Shown piece after piece: positions 62,620-64,000 of a stretch of DNA of 64,000 nucleotides (the first letter of the stretch is position 1; each line of letters opens with the position of its first letter). The DNA comes from an uncultured Actinomycetes bacterium. GTDB taxonomy: Bacteria > Actinomycetota > UBA4738 > HRBIN12. Made by a program: the position numbers and the translations under genes. The notes beneath the pieces were generated by a model. The model was not told the origin of the DNA. It did no database searches and saw only the letters and a list, made by a program, of their open reading frames with translations. Location of the stretch: NCBI GenBank assembly GCA_963835415.1, contig CAWIFZ010000002.1, positions 21,569-85,568 on the forward strand, written 5' to 3'.

Positions 62620-64000
62620 ATGGCGCGCGACCGGTACGACTTCCTGATCGTCGGGGGCGGCTCCGCTGGAAGCGCGTTGGGCAACCGCCTCTCCGCCGAC
62701 CCCGCGAACCGAGTGTTGGTGCTGGAAGCGGGCCGCCCCGACTACCTCTGGGACGTCTTCATCCACATGCCGGCGGCGCTGCCGTTCCCGATCGGGAGCC
62801 GCTTCTACGACTGGAAGTACGAGTCGGAGCCCGAGCCACACATGAACGGGCGCCGGATCTACCACGCGCGCGGGAAGGTCCTGGGCGGCTCCAGCAGCAT
62901 CAACGGCATGATCTTCCAGCGCGGCAACCCCCTGGACTACGAGCGCTGGGGCGCCGACGCCGGCATGGACGCCTGGGACTACGCGCACTGCCTGCCGTAC
63001 TTCAAGCGGATGGAACGCTGCATGGCGGCCGGCCTCGAGGACGAGTTCCGCGGCCACGCCGGCCCCCTCGTCCTGGAGCGCGGTCCTGCCCGCAGCCCGC
63101 TGTTCGGGGCGTTCTTCGAGGCCGTCCAGCAGGCCGGCTACCCCCTCACCGAGGACGTGAACGGGTTCCGTCAGGAGGGGTTCGCGCCGTTCGATCGCAA
63201 CATCCGCAACGGACGCCGGCTGTCCGCGGCGCGCGCGTACCTCCATCCGGTCATGAGCCGCCCGAACCTCGACGTCGAGACCCGGGCGTTCGTGACGAAG
63301 ATCCTGTTCGAGGGCGATCGAGCGGTGGGCGTGGAGTACACGCACCATCGCGGCGCCGTGAAGCGCGTGATGGCCGGCGAGGTCGTCCTGTGCGGCGGCG
63401 CGATCAACTCGCCCCAGCTGCTGCAGCTGTCGGGGGTGGGCAACGCGGGCGAGCTCGGCGCGCTCGGCATCGACGTCGTGCACGACCTGCCCGGGGTCGG
63501 CGAGCACCTGCAGGACCACCTGGAGGTCTACATCCAGTACGCGTGCAAGCAGCCCGTCTCCGTCGCGCCGTACATGAAGTGGCGATGGCGCCCGTGGGTC
63601 GGCCTGCAGTGGCTCGTGCTGCGGAGCGGGCCCGGCGCCACGAACCACTTCGAGGCCGGCGGGTTCGTGCGCGGCAACGACGACGTCGCGTACCCGAACC
63701 TGATGTTCCATTTCCTGCCGATCGCCGTGCGCTACGACGGCTCGGCACCGGCGAGCGATCACGGCTACCAGGTGCACATCGGCCCGATGTACTCGGACTC
63801 GCGCGGCTCGGTGAAGATCACGAGTCGCGACCCCGCGGTGCATCCGGCATTGCGCTTCAACTACCTGTCGACCGAACAGGACCGGCGCGAGTGGGTCGAG
63901 GCGATCCGCGTGGCGCGGAGCATCCTGAACCAGCCGGCGTTCGACCCGTTCAACGCGGGCGAGCTGTCGCCCGGTCCGAGCGTGGAGACCGACGACGAGA
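62620..64000 (+). CDS. betA: Choline dehydrogenase (GMC oxidoreductase), 3'-truncated by the window end
   Basis: [38 protein letters not shown]... GMC N-terminal FAD motif. Open frame to the window end, matching BetA throughout. It is absent from the ORF track because it has no stop in the window. Confidence 0.85.
   Translation, partial: MARDRYDFLIVGGGSAGSALGNRLSADPANRVLVLEAGRPDYLWDVFIHMPAALPFPIGSRFYDWKYESEPEPHMNGRRIYHARGKVLGGSSSINGMIFQRGNPLDYERWGADAGMDAWDYAHCLPYFKRMERCMAAGLEDEFRGHAGPLVLERGPARSPLFGAFFEAVQQAGYPLTEDVNGFRQEGFAPFDRNIRNGRRLSAARAYLHPVMSRPNLDVETRAFVTKILFEGDRAVGVEYTHHRGAVKRVMAGEVVLCGGAINSPQLLQLSGVGNAGELGALGIDVVHDLPGVGEHLQDHLEVYIQYACKQPVSVAPYMKWRWRPWVGLQWLVLRSGPGATNHFEAGGFVRGNDDVAYPNLMFHFLPIAVRYDGSAPASDHGYQVHIGPMYSDSRGSVKITSRDPAVHPALRFNYLSTEQDRREWVEAIRVARSILNQPAFDPFNAGELSPGPSVETDDE

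Overview
High-GC (~70%) bacterial chromosomal window, most likely actinobacterial. It contains no rRNA, tRNA, CRISPR or mobile elements. It is dominated by a choline/glycine-betaine uptake and catabolism island.

Choline acquisition and entry genes:
- a TAT-secreted phospholipase C
- a choline-kinase-like phosphotransferase
- an APC permease
- an OpuA-type ABC transporter (proV, a fused double permease, opuAC)
- the 5' part of betA
- a betB-like aldehyde dehydrogenase

Demethylation and downstream genes:
- a co-directional operon for corrinoid-dependent, oxygen-independent demethylation (MttB-family methyltransferase, B12-binding corrinoid protein, RamA-type reductive activase, MtrH-like methyl-corrinoid:THF methyltransferase, MetF-like reductase, DUF1638)
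- two dimethylglycine-oxidase paralogs
- a Rieske GbcA/CntA-like oxygenase
- the heterotetrameric sarcosine oxidase soxBDAG
- IclR, TetR and XRE-cupin regulators

Other content:
- thrC and ilvD
- two CrtI-like flavoenzymes next to acyl-CoA genes
- a GH130/GH130/GT4 glycan cluster
- mmsA
- an amidase
- nucleoside hydrolase and ribokinase

A striking technical feature: at least 12 otherwise conserved genes are interrupted by single-base frame changes. Those I could reconstruct are ±1 errors in G/C homopolymers. They therefore look like sequencing or assembly indels rather than true pseudogenes, although the ribokinase carries several within 1 kb. Many long antisense ORFs typical of high-GC DNA were rejected.
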